From assembly GCA_032718475.1 (NCBI GenBank), contig JAUCBJ010005296.1:1-40727 (forward strand): a stretch of 40,727 bases of DNA. Direction: 5' to 3'. This stretch comes from Nemertoderma westbladi (taxonomy: Eukaryota > Animalia > Xenacoelomorpha). The stretch's first letter is position 1. Each line of letters starts with the position of its first letter. The notes below the pieces were generated by a model that worked only from the letters and a program-made list of their open reading frames with translations, made no database searches and had not been told where the DNA came from. This document shows positions 1-13,673 of the stretch, piece after piece. A program made the translations under genes and the position numbers.

Positions 1-665
1 CTTACCTTACCGGAATCCCTTACCTTGAACCGGAATCCCTTACCTGAACCGGAATCCCTTACCTTGAACCGGAATCCCTTACCTTGAACCGGATCCCTTA
101 CCTTGAACCGGAATCCCTTACCTTGAACCGGAATCCCTTACCTTGAACCGGATTCCCTTACCTGAACCGGAATCCCTTACCTTGAACCGGAATCCCTTAC
201 CTTGAACCGGAATCCCTTACCTTGAACCGGAATCCCTTACCTTGAACCGGAATCCCTTACTTGAACCGGAATCCCTTACCTGAACCGGAATCCCTTACCT
301 TGAACCGGAATCCTTACTTGAACCGGAATCCTTACCTTGAACCGGAATCCCTTACCTTGAACCGGAATCCCTTACCTTGAACCGGAATCCTTACCTTGAA
401 CCGGAATCCCTTACCTTGAACCGGAATCCCTTACCTGAACCGAATCCTTACCTTGAACCGGAATCCCTTACCTTGAACCGGAATCCCTTACCTTGAACCG
501 GAATCCCTTACCTTGAACCGGGATACCTTACCTTGAACCGGAATCCCTTACCTTGAACCGGAATCCCTTACCTTGAACCGGAATCCCTTACCATGAACCG
601 GAATCCCTTACCTTGAACCGGAATGGCTTACTTTGAATCGGAATCCCTTACCTTGAACCAGAATC
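1..665. repeat. Tandem array, 20-bp unit GGAATCCCTTACCTTGAACC, about 33 copies, runs off the window start
   Basis: Unit read directly. Many copies carry 1-bp homopolymer indels, and the last copies (about 590-665) decay by substitution. Confidence 0.97.
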
Positions 666-1509
666 ACACTATCTGATGTTCGACAAATCATTTGACGTTG
701 AAGCAACCTTAACCTGCTTGGGGTTAAATAGGGAATTGAGTTAATTTAATATCAATACTATTTGACTGAGACCGGTTAGAGTAATTATCCTGTACGTACA
801 TGTTGTACAATGTTGTGCTAAATTGTTTATTATCATACACGGTAATACTGTACACGTGCAATATATAATTATTGAATATTTTCATGTAATGTTATATGTA
901 TATTATGAAGTTTGTTGGTTTTATATGTGTGTTACTGCGCTAATTTCTATCACAAGCTGAGTTTTTTTTGCCAATTTTGACCCGTGAAAATAAGTTTAAA
1001 ACTTTTCTATTTCACTGTGACGGTTCATATTTTGTTTTGAAATTAGAAAATAATCATGACCTATATTATAGTGTTTCTCCGCCTCTGATGATACGGACAA
1101 CGCAAATAGTTCTACTCACCGTCGATTACCAGACGGAGACGAATTTTTAGCCTTTCAATTTTTAAAAGCAATTTAAAATTTTGTCTTTCGTGAAATCTCA
1201 CAATTCGTAACGAAAGTATCCATTCTCCATCACATTAGCATCAACATAGTATCTTATATCATTAGAAAGTTTACTTTGTCAGGATTCTAAATTTAACAAT
1301 GTCTGAATTCCATTGAGAAACATGTGATTTAATTGCTTTCAAAGCCTCCGTATATTTTCTACAAGCGAGCCATACCGAAGACTACTAAATACGCCACAGA
1401 GAGCCATATTTACGTATATTTACGTTAAGACCCCTAGATCTCTTCCTATAATAAATATTTACGTAGGGACAGATTGAGATAGCAGAAAGATTATATGAGA
1501 TATGAGTTA

Positions 1510-3267
1510 CAAACAGATCGGATAAAAAGATCGGACAGACAAACAGATCGGACAAAGAGATCAGACAGACAAACACATCGGACAAAGAGATCAGACAGAC
1601 AAACAGATCGGACAAAGAGATCACACAGATCGGACAAAGAGATCAGACAGAAAAACAGATCGGACAGAGGGATCAGACAGACAAACAGATCGGACAAAGA
1701 GATCAGACAGACAAACAGATCGGACAAATGGATCAGACAAACAAACAGATCAGACTAAGGGATCAGACAGACAAACAAATCGGGCAAAGGGATCAGACAG
1801 ACAAACAGATCGGACAAAGAGATCAGACATACAAACAGATCGGACAAAGAGATCAGACTGACAAACAGATCGGACAAAGGGATCAGACAGACAAACAGAT
1901 CCTATAAAGGGGTCAGACAGACAAACAGATCGGACAAAGAGATCAGACAGACAAACAGATCGGACAAAGAGATCAGACAGACAAACAGATCGGACAAAGA
2001 GATCATACAGACAAACAGATCAGACAAAGGGATCAGACAGGCAAACAAATCGGACAAAGGGATCAGACAGACAAACAGATCGGACAAAGAGATCATACAT
2101 ACAAACAGATCGGACAAAGAGATCAAACAGACAAACAGATCGGACAAAGAGATCAGACAGACAACAGATCGGACAAAGAGATCAGACAGACAAACAGATC
2201 AGACAGACAAACAGATCGGACAAATGGATCAGACAGACAAACAGATCGGATAAAGGGATCAGAGAGACAAACAGATCGGACAAAGGGATCAGACAGACAA
2301 ACATATCGGACAAATGGATCAGACAGACAAACAGATCGGACAAAGGGATCAGACAGACAAATAGATCGGACAAAGGGATCAGACAGACAAACATATTGGA
2401 CATATGGATCAGACAGACAAACAGATCGGACAAAGGGATCAGACAGACAAACAGATCGGACAAAGAGATCAGACAGACAAACAGATCGGACAAAAAGATC
2501 AGACAGACAAACAGATCGGACAAAGGGATCAGACAGACAAATAGATCGGACAAAGGGATCAGACAGACAAACATATTGGACATATGGATCAGACAGACAA
2601 ACAGATCGGACAAAGGGATCAGACAGACAAACAGATCGGACAAAGGGATCAGACAGACAAATAGATCGGACAGACAAACATATTGGACATATGGATCAGA
2701 CAGACAAACAGATTGGACATATGGATCAGACAGACAAATAGATCGGACAAAGGGATCAGACAGACAAACAGATCGGACAAAGGGATCAGACAGACAAATA
2801 GATCGGACAAAGGGATCAGACAGACAAACATATTGGACATATGGATCAGACAGACAAACAGATTGGACATATGGATCAGACAGACAAATAGATCGGACAA
2901 AGGGATCAGACAGACAAACAGATCGGACAAATGGATCAGACAGACAAACAGATCGGACAAATGGATCAGACAGACAAACAGATCGGACAGACAAATAGAT
3001 CGGACAAAGGGATCAGACAGACAAACAGATCGGACAAATGGATCAGACAGACAAACAGATCGGACAAAGGGATCAGACAGACAAACATATCGGACAAATG
3101 GATCAGACAGACAAACAGATCGGGCAAAGGGATCAGACAGACAAACAGATCGGACAAAGAGATCAGACAGACAAACAGATCGGACAAAGGGATCAGACAG
3201 ACAAACAGATCGGACAAAGGGATCAGACAGACAAACAGATCGGACAAAGAGATCAGACAGACAAACA
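1510..3267. repeat. Tandem array, 30-bp unit GATCAGACAGACAAACAGATCGGACAAAG(G/A), about 58 copies
   Basis: Unit read directly. It accounts for all the repetitive ORFs at 1385-3356. Confidence 0.97.
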
Positions 3268-3582
3268 CAAATAATCACAACGCAGACAGTCAAATAACAA
3301 ATATGAGACTAATGAAATTAATTTCCAACTATTACCGTTGCCATATCAACAGTTAATTAATGGAGCCGTGAAACGAAATAATCGCCTCATGGATGGCCGT
3401 ATTTTGAACCGATTATGTTCGAATGTGCCAGTAGTTTACAATTTTTAAAAAACATACCTTTTTTTCTTGAATTTAAATGATAAATTATTTTCCATAGCAT
3501 TTTAAATATAAATATTTATCCAGAAAAGTGTTCTGTTCAAGATGCATTTTTAGCTAGAGCTATAGTAGGAATTGAATATAGG

Positions 3583-4831
3583 GGGTAACAGACGTTTCGG
3601 TCTAAAACGTTTTGGCCTAGGACGTTTCGGCCCAATGAATGAAATACAAGATTTGCTTGTCGAACGTTTTGGCCCAAAGATTCACGTTACTCCCTTAAAT
3701 AAGCTATTAATAATAAGTTATTCAATATATTTGTTTTGTAGTTGTTACGTTCGTTACAAGAGGAGTTGTCAGTAGGAACTGCTCCGACACTTGTTTGAAA
3801 GTCGTCAAGATCGAAGTTCTACATTATATTTATAAATAATAACTAATGTAATATTATTATTATTATTATTTATTAATATAAATTTACACCATACTGTAAC
3901 TTAAAACAAAGATAACATATGCTGACAAATTAACCTTAGTATTATGATGATGGGGTTTCCCCCATAAAAAAAAACATACGTATTTTAAAATGTGAGTCAA
4001 TAAATAAAGTACATTAAAATACACCGAATTAAAATTATTACTGTATTTTAATGTTGGTCTTAAAAATATAATATATTATAAATATTCCATTAAAGAAGCA
4101 TTGCTAATAATTAAGAGACAGACTGGATGTCATATGGAATGAGATAAAATATATGCGTATTAAATTTAAATTTAGATGAAATATATGCGTATTAAATTTA
4201 AATTTAGATGAAATATATGCGTATTAAAAGGACCAGAGTGGATGTGAAGTGAAATAAAATATGTATTAATAAAAGCATTATACGTCGTTATCTATGGGTA
4301 TAAATCAAAATCATCTATCATCAAAGATGAGAGTTATTGTTTCAACATAAGTTATTGCTGCAATACACTGTCCAGCTACAATAATTATCAATTGAGTAGT
4401 GTTTAAATTAATGAAGTATCTCCAAAATATATCGATCAGACGAGATTTAAGCCCTACATGGTTCGTGAAATTGATTCACTTTGGTAGTACTGTATATTAG
4501 CAATGTGGTACTCGAGACCAATAGATTTGTTCTGACTTGCATTTTTTGGCATTGTTGGCGAATTGTTTATGGAACCACAGCAACACTTCCCTAATGTTTA
4601 TTTTATTTTGAAATAAAGGTAAATTAAATAGCCATTTCATGAAAGATATTTTATTAAGTGTTTGTATGTTATCGTGAAATTTAATGAATAATTATTATCA
4701 TATCAAACAAGTTAGCATTTTCATTTAGTTACAGTCATGGGCCGAAACGTCCGGGCCGAATCGTCCGGGCCGAATCGTCCGGGCCGAAATGTCCTGGACC
4801 GAAACGTCCTAGGCCGAAACGTCTGTATACC
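3583..4831. mobile_element. Non-autonomous DNA transposon, Mutator/MULE-like (foldback type), about 1.25 kb
   Basis: Left end GGGTAACAGACGTTTCGG; right end reverse-complements to GGTATACAGACGTTTCGG. Subterminal 15-bp repeats (GGACGTTTCGGCCC-like) are in inverted orientation at the two ends. Exact 9-bp TSD GAATATAGG at 3574-3582 and 4832-4840. No transposase ORF. Confidence 0.85.
4143..4228. repeat. Short tandem duplication, 32-bp unit GATGAAATATATGCGTATTAAATTTAAATTTA, about 2.6 copies
   Basis: Read directly, inside the MULE-like element. Confidence 0.85.
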
Positions 4832-5317
4832 GAATATAGGAGCTATGGTAGGAATAGTACCTGGAATACTGATTTCGAGATTTCGAGAATAAATTTTAAA
4901 GAAACTACAACGGTCAATATTCCTCTAAATACGAATCACTTTGTATTAAGCGTTGATGGGTGAGTACAAAACAAAGACTCAAGACCTGTACAAAACACAT
5001 GTGTAAACTTTCGTTTGGTTCCCCCAACACACGCCTCTGTAACCTGCTCCTTTAAATGGCAATGGGACCTAACGCGACTTTACCTCTTTGTTTTGTACAG
5101 ATGGTCTTGTGTCTTTGCATTGTACCCCCCCCCCCCCCCAAATTTAGCGTTTCGAACATGACCATTAGTCCGTGGTGCTATTATACTACAGTGCGTTGTT
5201 CTAACACGGAGCAATAACGCCTTGCTTCAAGTATCTCAGTAAAATATTAATACTAGGCCTTACCGGTAGCTGATGTGATCGTGATCTCCAGATGTAGCAT
5301 ATTAAAATATAGGCCTA

Positions 5318-8300
5318 GGGTGAGTGAGGGAGACTTGACTTTAGGGGAGACTTGATTTTTTTAATAACTAAAAAACTATTGTAAATTATTGAACAATACC
5401 ACACAAAAATGTGTAAAATACATGTTGGCTACACCCGCGCAACAATGTTTTATTACCTTTTGGTTATTTTTGTTTTGTTGTCAATAAACGTTTTCTGGGT
5501 TCAAAGGTAAATTTTTGCCCTTTACAACGAATGAAAATTCGCATCCTTATTGTACTGCGGGATGTATGTCAATTGTAATTCACAACATATGTTGACTAAT
5601 TATTGCACTCTCCTGCCATATATTGTTTTCCAGTTTTGGTTCAGCCGGTTTGAAATTATATCAATTAATAGAAAAAAAGCCCATGTGGGGAGACATGACG
5701 CTCGAGTGTGAGGGAGACTTGAACCCGCCAATGCTTACGTCTACCTAGAGATACACCCACGTAGAGAACCATTACACCAGAGCACTCCAACTAGTTGATT
5801 GGCACTTACACTCGACACCTACACACGACACTCGGGACCTTAGGGAATATAATCCTACTCAATACATCCCCAGAACCCATAGAGAGTCGACCTGGAAACA
5901 ACCAAACAACCGCTACCCCATTAAATCCAACTGGCAAACTGATCCCTTCTCCGGTAGATCCTCCTATGGTGATTGGAGCAGGACACCAAACCGCTTTTAA
6001 ATTAACAAAGACTAAACCCCTCAGCCACTACACCCAATTGCACCCACAACCGCACATACCCATCTATGGTAAGGGAAAACTCCCTCCACAAAATGATAAG
6101 GGTAAGATGAAAGTAACCACTCTGAATTGCCAGGGTTTTATTCGCAACAACTTATACATCCATAAGATCATAGAAGACACTAAACCAGACATCCTTGCTA
6201 TTCAGGAGACCTGGCTAAGTCCAAGGGAGGCAGAGTTCTACCTTAGAGATTCCTCACACTTCAAGGGCTACGACTGTGTCTACACCTTATCCCCAGCTAT
6301 GACCAACGGCACTTCTAAGTTCGGAGGTGAGGGGGGTACGGCTATGCTCATTAAAAACGACTTATTGTACAGAGATAGAAACAAAATCCGACCGCCTATT
6401 GGCTATTAACATAAAAAACCACCCATCAATTGGAAACCTGGTCGTTATCGGCGCCTACATGCCAGCTAACTGTAAGAAACCGGGCGATATTCAGAGATAC
6501 ACCGAAACTTGTGGAATGCTTAGAGTATTATGCCAAGATCTTTCAGAGGCAGGCCTAAACTTCATGGTAGTGGGCGATATAAATGGAAGCTTAGGATCCA
6601 AGAACTATAGACAGACCAAGCTAACACAGTTTGGAAAGATCTTTAATGAACTTATCACTAACGAATTTGATCTATCCATTGCGGACCTACAAAATCGGGC
6701 TTTCGGACCCCTGGCAACTTACCGGAAGAAAATAAAAGATGGACGGATCTTGCATTCATCCTACATCGACCATATCCTAATCTCCCAAAACATGCTGGAA
6801 AGTTTTCACTCATGTATCGTTTCAGAGGATGAATGAACCCTGCAACCTATCTGACCATGTACCAATATCAATCAATATAACACTAGAGTCATAAAACGAC
6901 AATGTTTTACTACATAAGACCCTTGTACGTAAGCGGAAATTAGAACGCTTTCACTTCGATAAAGCCACAGTACAACAACTGAATAATTACAACAATGAAA
7001 TTAAAACCTCCTTCATCTCCCAATCAAACTCAATATACAGCGGGCCCGAACATATGTACTCAGTCGAACCATCCCGTGCAACAAAATCCCTAGATATTAT
7101 CTCTACTACAATAATAGATGCGGCGAGAAACAACATCCCCAGCTCATTCTCCTCACTAGGAAATAAAGCAAAATACAATAACAAGCTATCCTTGAACAAA
7201 TTTCCCCAGGAAAACAACATTGGTCCTTTAAAAGCCGAGTTTGATAAAGCAAAGCAAGCATGGGAAACCAACTGGGGACTCAAAAGCCATGACAACTACT
7301 TTTACACTAATTACCTCACCTCCAGCCGTAAATACAGCATTGCCGTGTCTCAGACCCAAAGGAGATACTATCAGAACCACATAAACAACCTCGCAGATCT
7401 ATGTAAAGGGAACGACAACCGTTTCTGGAGGACGGTCAAACCAAGATGCCAACTGACGGATCTCACCAGTGAGGCGGCAGACAACCTATCAAACTACTAC
7501 TACTTTAAAGCGCCTAACTCACATAAGAATACGATGGAGGAGCTCAGCCAGATCCCAATCAATGAGGATATTCCACTAATCAACCCTAACGATATTGCAG
7601 AAGCGATCACGTCCCTTAATAGAAAGAAATTAACTGATACGAACAACCTGAGGGCGGAACACTTGATATACGGGACCAACAAAGAATTGCTACAGTGCCT
7701 GGCCCATATGTTCAGCACAATGCGAATCACTGGCACTTGCCCGTCCCAACTAGGGGAATCACTTCTAATACCAATCTACAAGGGAAGGTCTCTCGATAAA
7801 ACAGTACCTAAGAACTATCGTGCCGTGACTATCATAGCTATTAATACTAAATTATGGGAAGCCCTGATCCTTAAGGAACTAACATCAATGTTACAGACTA
7901 ACGAACTTCAGCTTGGTTTCAAACCGAAAATCAGCACCGAAATGACATACTTGACGGTAACTAACATCATTAAGTAGTTCAATAAACACCACTCAGCTAC
8001 CCACATCCTATCGTTGGACTTATCATCAGCCTTTGACACAGTTGATTATACCAAACTATACATACAGTATCCTACAGAAATCCAATGTGGGACCTAACCT
8101 CACTCGGATGCTCATGGCTTACCTCCACTCAGGGACGTCACTTATTTGTTCAGGAAAATTAATCAGGAAAAACCCCATAATACTTGAACGGGGATTAAGA
8201 CAGGGAAGTTTACTATCGCCATTCCTCTTCAATGTTTACATCGCACAGCTATTCGAAGACATAGTCAACAGTAATCTCGGAGTCCACGTGGGAAGTCACT

Positions 8301-10214
8301 CCTTCAGTTTAATAAGTTACGGGGACGACATCATACTAATCGCTAATTTAAAGTCGGACCTCCAGAGGATGGCTACTTTATGTTACACATACTTCCAAGA
8401 CTTCAGTTTAACCTTAAATATTAAGAAAACCGACTACCTACTCTTAAACGAAATTGGATGCAGTGTAACTGACATAACCCTACGGATCCCAGAATTCGAT
8501 ATCACCCACATATCCGAAGACAGCTGTTTGTATCTCGGCCTCCCTCTACCTGCCACGCCCCACAACTTGGACAAACATTTTCGGATGAAAACCTTAGTCA
8601 ATCTCAGCCGTTTAGAACAACGCGGATTCGCAATAGATAGCGTACCACTAAACGTTGTTGCTAAAATCTGGCAATGCATCTGCCTACCAGCAATACTGTA
8701 CTGCTGTGAGTCGCTCGACCACGTCTATACGACAGTTATAGCGTGCTATTTAAGACGGGCAATGCGAACTATATCCCTTCCGACACCCTGGCAATGTTAT
8801 TTAACGGACTACCACCAGATGCTATGATTAAATTTAAAACTGCCACCACGATATTCAACATATTTAATTGCCGCAATGCCAAAGTAACTTATCTTTTCGA
8901 TTATCTGCTGTCCGGCCATCTAGGGGGACTGTTCAAGGTAGACACATTTGATAGCTATGCACACGCCGCCTGGGACCTAAACCTCCCAAGCTTGGCCAAT
9001 CTCAGTATATCCAAATTTAGCTTCAGCTCTATACGCAGACACCTAAAGAATATCCAAGCTACATCCCTGAGCGCAACAAACTCCTACCGCCTGTTCTACA
9101 CCCAATCAATCCTAAACGCCACCACGGGAACACACAGTGACCGACACTCAGTCCTATTAGACTTATACAATTATTAACTGTTTTCCTTTTTCGACTTTAT
9201 CTGACAACGATACGCCCTTTCCAATATAATATTGTACTCTCTCTGAATAAAACCTTTGTATTCGGCAGTTAATTATGGTACCCAAATAGACCCTACGTTC
9301 TAGCCAGCCTGTGGGTATCACCCTTCATAATATCTTATTTTATCCGATTTTATTTTAATGGCAAATTTGCACGTTTTACACATAGCAATTATATTGTACA
9401 CCCTACACTATTAAGTACGCCCTATGAATATGTTATATCAATATGTATATATATTTTATTTTACCGGGTTGATTTTATACCGCTACTGACTTATGGTGCC
9501 TTTACTGTTCTTACCGCCACGCGTCACGTTATCAATTTTCTATTCGTTCATTTGGTTCACAACTATCGTCTGACCAGTTATACTTGCTGTTGCTATGTAT
9601 ATTTTTATTATGGCCCTACCATTTTAATTATAGCCACCGGAAGCGCTAGTCCGGTAATGAAATGAATGACACAGACCAAGCTATCAATGGGTGGCTATGC
9701 TTCATGCAGTAGGAGTAGCCCCTCTCTAGACTAAACCAAACCCAGCCAAGCCAACCAACAACTCTCCCTTCCCTCTTTGCAATGTGGTAGCCCGCCAACT
9801 TGGTGATTGACAACTTAAACAAGATGCCGCTACGTCAGAAAGCGGCACACATCAATAGAATTACAGGAAAACAATTAATATGTGGCTGGATTTAAAATTA
9901 TATAAAATATTCATTAATAAAAAGTACCTTCCCGCGTTAAACTTTAATGCGGTTTTAATGAGCTATTATTTATTCAGTTATTGTTAGGAGAACCATGTGA
10001 ACGTCCACCTAAATTTGTACAAAATTTGGGATAATAATTTGACAAATTAATAATCGTATTTTTTGCATTTTTGCTGCTCTACTATAAAATAGACATGTTG
10101 AACATGTAATTATTACACTTCTTATGCATTTTTGAACGAATTTACAAGAATGCGAGGTGGGGTTCAAGTCTCCCACCCTAGGTGTCAAGTCTCCCCCCAT
10201 TGAGGGAGACTTGA
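5318..10214. mobile_element. Probable non-autonomous DNA transposon with reiterated GGGAGACTTGA motifs, split by the LINE insertion
   Basis: Motif at 5328, 5345, about 5688 (variant), 5712 and 10204; inverted copies (TCAAGTCTCCC) at 10164 and 10185. 5683-5729 and 10156-10200 form an imperfect inverted repeat of about 45 bp. Outer boundaries are uncertain. Confidence 0.55.
5795..9670 (+). mobile_element. Decayed non-LTR retrotransposon (APE endonuclease + reverse transcriptase), RTEX-like
   Basis: APE motifs: MKVTTLNCQG (6107), ILAIQETWL, VVGDING, SYIDHILIS, SDHVPI (about 6849). RT motifs: AEHL, NYRAVT, LDLSSAFD (about 8014), GLRQGSLLSPFLFN, SYGDD, YLGL. Broken by stops (6834, 7975) and several frameshifts; coding ends at 9177. 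A candidate 3' end is the hairpin ACCGGA..TCCGGT followed by AATGAAATGAATGA (about 9635-9669). Clade and ends are inferred. Confidence 0.9.
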
Positions 10215-11221
10215 CGCTTTTTCGAAAATACGAATAATTGGTTTAATTAAAAAAGTTTAAGAGTTGAAATTTTCAAACTCTCACATAATGATAGCAATCA
10301 TAAATGTAATGTGAAAAAGTTAAAACGGCATTGAAAAATGTATTTATCTGTTCTTTAGTGCGATTATAACGATTAGTGCGATACGAATTTATAGACAATG
10401 AAACGGGCGGGAGAATGTTTGGCCTACATTTGTGGCGGTCACAATAGAAAGAGACTTATTGACATATTTTGTCAAGTTTTATTTTATATAATACAGTAAC
10501 ATTTGTGATACGTTGTTTATGATATGTATTGTTTATTAAAATTAAGCTGTGCCACTATACACAATAAACTTAAAATAAAAAAACTTTTTCATTGGATTGT
10601 TTCTTTTTTCCTGAAATCCTAATATACATTTCAGGGCCTTCGTGCAGCACGTGAGCGGTTCAATCTTGAAAAATATTTGTAAATTTATGATTTCCATGAT
10701 TGTCAATATAATATTATAACTATCTACTATTATTATAATTAAATTACATAATTAATATATCGAATCACCAAAATGTTGTCTAATTTTCATTATTATCAGT
10801 ATTATCGATACCAACAAGCTCCTCAAGTTGTTCCAGATCTTTTAATGCATAGTATTGGAGAGGATTAGGTCTGGGGAGGTCAGCGTATCAGATGTATACA
10901 AAGTAGAGTTTATTAAGAAAACTCTCTCACAAATGACGTTGTCCCGAAAACGCCGTATCTTCAACGCATTACATGTTGCATCAATCTACGGGAATCGGAA
11001 TACTTAATACACATGTAGTCTGGTCTGGTCTTCCTTGTCGATTTCAGAGACTGATGAGCAGCTTTCTGATAAGTCATAACTGACTACCGTAAATATTTTT
11101 AATTTGAATTTTTGAATCCACATCTTATTTCACGTAGCGGGTAATATAGGCTATATTCGATGCAATCGTGGCCATTTTAATCTTAACTTAAATTTGTTAA
11201 TGCGCGAAACGAGTCAGCAGC

Positions 11222-11608
11222 CAGGCGCGAATCCAGAGGGGGGGCTGAGGGGGCTCTAGCCCCTCCCATAAGTCATGACCAGACCAGACCAAACCAACCC
11301 TGTATAGATGATAGAGCCGGAAAAGTCTCAGGCGTATAATATCAAATATATAGTTAAAAGAGGTTGATATTAGATATCAGAAAATAGCCTTCAGATTATC
11401 AGATTTGGAATCTCCATTAAATTCGCCACACCACCACACAGGTGGAGATCATGGATCCAAAATATAGAGCGCAAACACTCCATCCTCCCTTACCTAAAAC
11501 TAATATTCCACCACCAGGGAGGGCCTCGCTTAGTTAGGAGTGTGCCCTTGGCCTCTGATTATGGTCCACCGCAGCCCCTCCCTTAGCAAATTCCTGGATC
11601 CGCCCCTG
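11222..11608. mobile_element. hAT-like MITE, 387 bp
   Basis: TIRs CAGGCGCGAATCCAG / CTGGATCCGCCCCTG. Exact 8-bp TSD TCAGCAGC at 11214-11221 and 11609-11616. Confidence 0.88.
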
Positions 11609-12482
11609 TCAGCAGCATACCTTTTATTTAACTATTGTGGATCTACGTATCTTTTATTTTAATTAAATAATTAATGTAAGAAATATATTATAATTCATAA
11701 TCTAGAACTATGTGTGATTGTGTTATTTTTAGCAATTGACTTATCACTTATCGCCCCTACCACTTGGTAATTGTTCTATATTCTATAACTGAAATTTCGT
11801 GACCGGGTTGTGTTTATAAATATTTAATGTTTAAACATTTCAATTCCCTGTAATGCGGTTTACGAATTTTATTATGAATTTATTGTTGATCAAATAAATG
11901 CCAGCTAGTCTGGCGCTGCGCGCGTTGCGCGATAAACTAGACTAAACTATTCGGTTAAATATTTAAATTCAACTTCCATAATTTACGATAGAGTTACAAA
12001 AATCTAACATAAACAATAGTAAAACCAAAAACAGATATTTAAAATAATAAAACAGACAATAATAAAATAGATAAAACAGAATTAAATTTCCCTCATAACA
12101 ATATTTTTATCAGCTGATTTATTGCAAAAAAATTTCCAATCTTTAAACTAGTTTTTTCAGAACTATGAAAAATGTCAATAGGTCCCTTTCTATTGTGACC
12201 GCCAGCCACATTTAAGTTTACAAACTCAACTGTTTTAGACCGATGTCAGGATGTAGCAACACAATCAAGGATAATGCTAATGCTGTAGGCCTAATGCTAT
12301 TATACCTGGTACCGGTCCGGTACACGTGTCCGGTTGTGTTGTTGTCTGCCAACTATTAGAGCTACCAGACCGACCGAGAGTTCTGAGTTCCGACCGACTA
12401 CAGGCTGAAAGGACTAAATCAGTAAAATGTGAAATGGTAACAATTTTCTATAGTAAAGGTCGCAAACGATTGAATTAAAACG

Positions 12483-13673
12483 ATGTCCCATTCACTGACT
12501 GATCTTCACCACGTCTGCCCTCCTCCCAACCGCCCCACCGCGATTCGGCCCCCCAACTGGTTGACTTCGGCTCGACTCACTCCGAGAAACACATCGGTAT
12601 TCGACGTAATCCGTCGCTCGCAGTACACCGGCCGGGGGTTCCGAGCTGCCCGGCAACTTGGAGACCAGTTCATAAAGTCCGTCGACGTGCGAATGAACTG
12701 GAAGGAGCTGCCCCAACTTGTTCTAGAAATCGAGGATTTGGTTTCGAAACCGAAACTTAATGTTCAATCCCTGCTCCCGAAAGTGGCGGAAATGCAACCA
12801 TTGTTCTACGAGGAGAGTGTTAGGGAGTCTCCGGAAGGGAGTGGCGTATACCAAAACTCTATTAACCTCAACACCGAAGTCTTACATCTGTTCGGGGCGT
12901 GGCTCGTTTTCAAAAAAATCGCGAGCACTATCGTATCGGAAGGGATTCCCGACAAGGAACAGTTTGACGACCGAACTAAACTGTGCGCGCATTCTCTCGA
13001 GATGCTACACAACATGTGTATGACGTTACCGGGAGTAGCGCGGAGTTTGGGAAGCGACGATGCCTTCATTCGAATGTTGATCCCGCTGCTTAACGTTAGA
13101 TCACTGTACCAGGCAGCCGCTGGAGTCCTCGAAGACATTCTGATAAACATCGACGACGTTATCCTCCTGGAATCGTTGGATAAAGTCCCCGAACTCGTCG
13201 CGAACATGCCACCGGAGCAGTTGGCCTCGTTCTGCCGCGTCGCTTCGTTCGCGGTCTCGGGACTCACAGAACGCAGCCATGGCGGCACCCTGGTCGCGTC
13301 GGACTTGGCGGAACGAGCGCAACAAGTAGACGACCGGGCTCGTAGCGAGGCCAATCTCGCGTTCCTCCTCGGGCTCCCGGCCTTCCTACCGCGACTCGTC
13401 GCTCTCTCAGCCCAGTCTATCTCGGTGATGGACGATGTTGAGTCTACCGCGACCTTCACCCAGTGGATGAGTTCGGTTGAACGCTCTGGGGATCTCGTAG
13501 AGGCCTTCGCCGTTATTGACCGGACCGATTACCTAGGGATGATGCACCGTATGCTGACGCGGGCCAGCCTGGTTCATTTGCCGCAATTGCTGCGGACAAT
13601 GCACGAGTTGGTGTTCAAAGTGGAGGTGTTTCTATTGCTGAACGCGATGCTAGTTGGGAAACAGCGTGGTGTG
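12483..13673 (+). CDS. TRPC4AP: TRPC4-associated protein (TRUSS) homologue, coding exon 1
   Basis: ATG-initiated 397-codon frame. RRSQYTGRGFRAARQLGDQF..NWKELPQL resembles the recalled vertebrate RQGQLTGRGLVRAVQF..KWSGIPQL. Phase-0 donor GTTAGT at 13674, just before the in-frame stop. Confidence 0.85.

Noticed and set aside
1-665. Telomeric repeat or array of splice donors (minus strand AAGGTAAGGG)
   Set aside because: The 20-bp unit is not a known animal telomere repeat and no upstream exon is visible; the resemblance is likely chance.
1385-3356. Many overlapping repetitive ORFs
   Set aside because: Translations of a 30-bp tandem repeat, open in several frames on both strands, with no unique domain or splice context.
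11050-11060. CTGATGAG hammerhead ribozyme core
   Set aside because: No correctly placed stem II and GAAA partner nearby.
12806-13459. 217-aa antisense ORF and other ORFs overlapping TRPC4AP exons
   Set aside because: Shadows of GC-rich coding sequence with no recognisable motifs.
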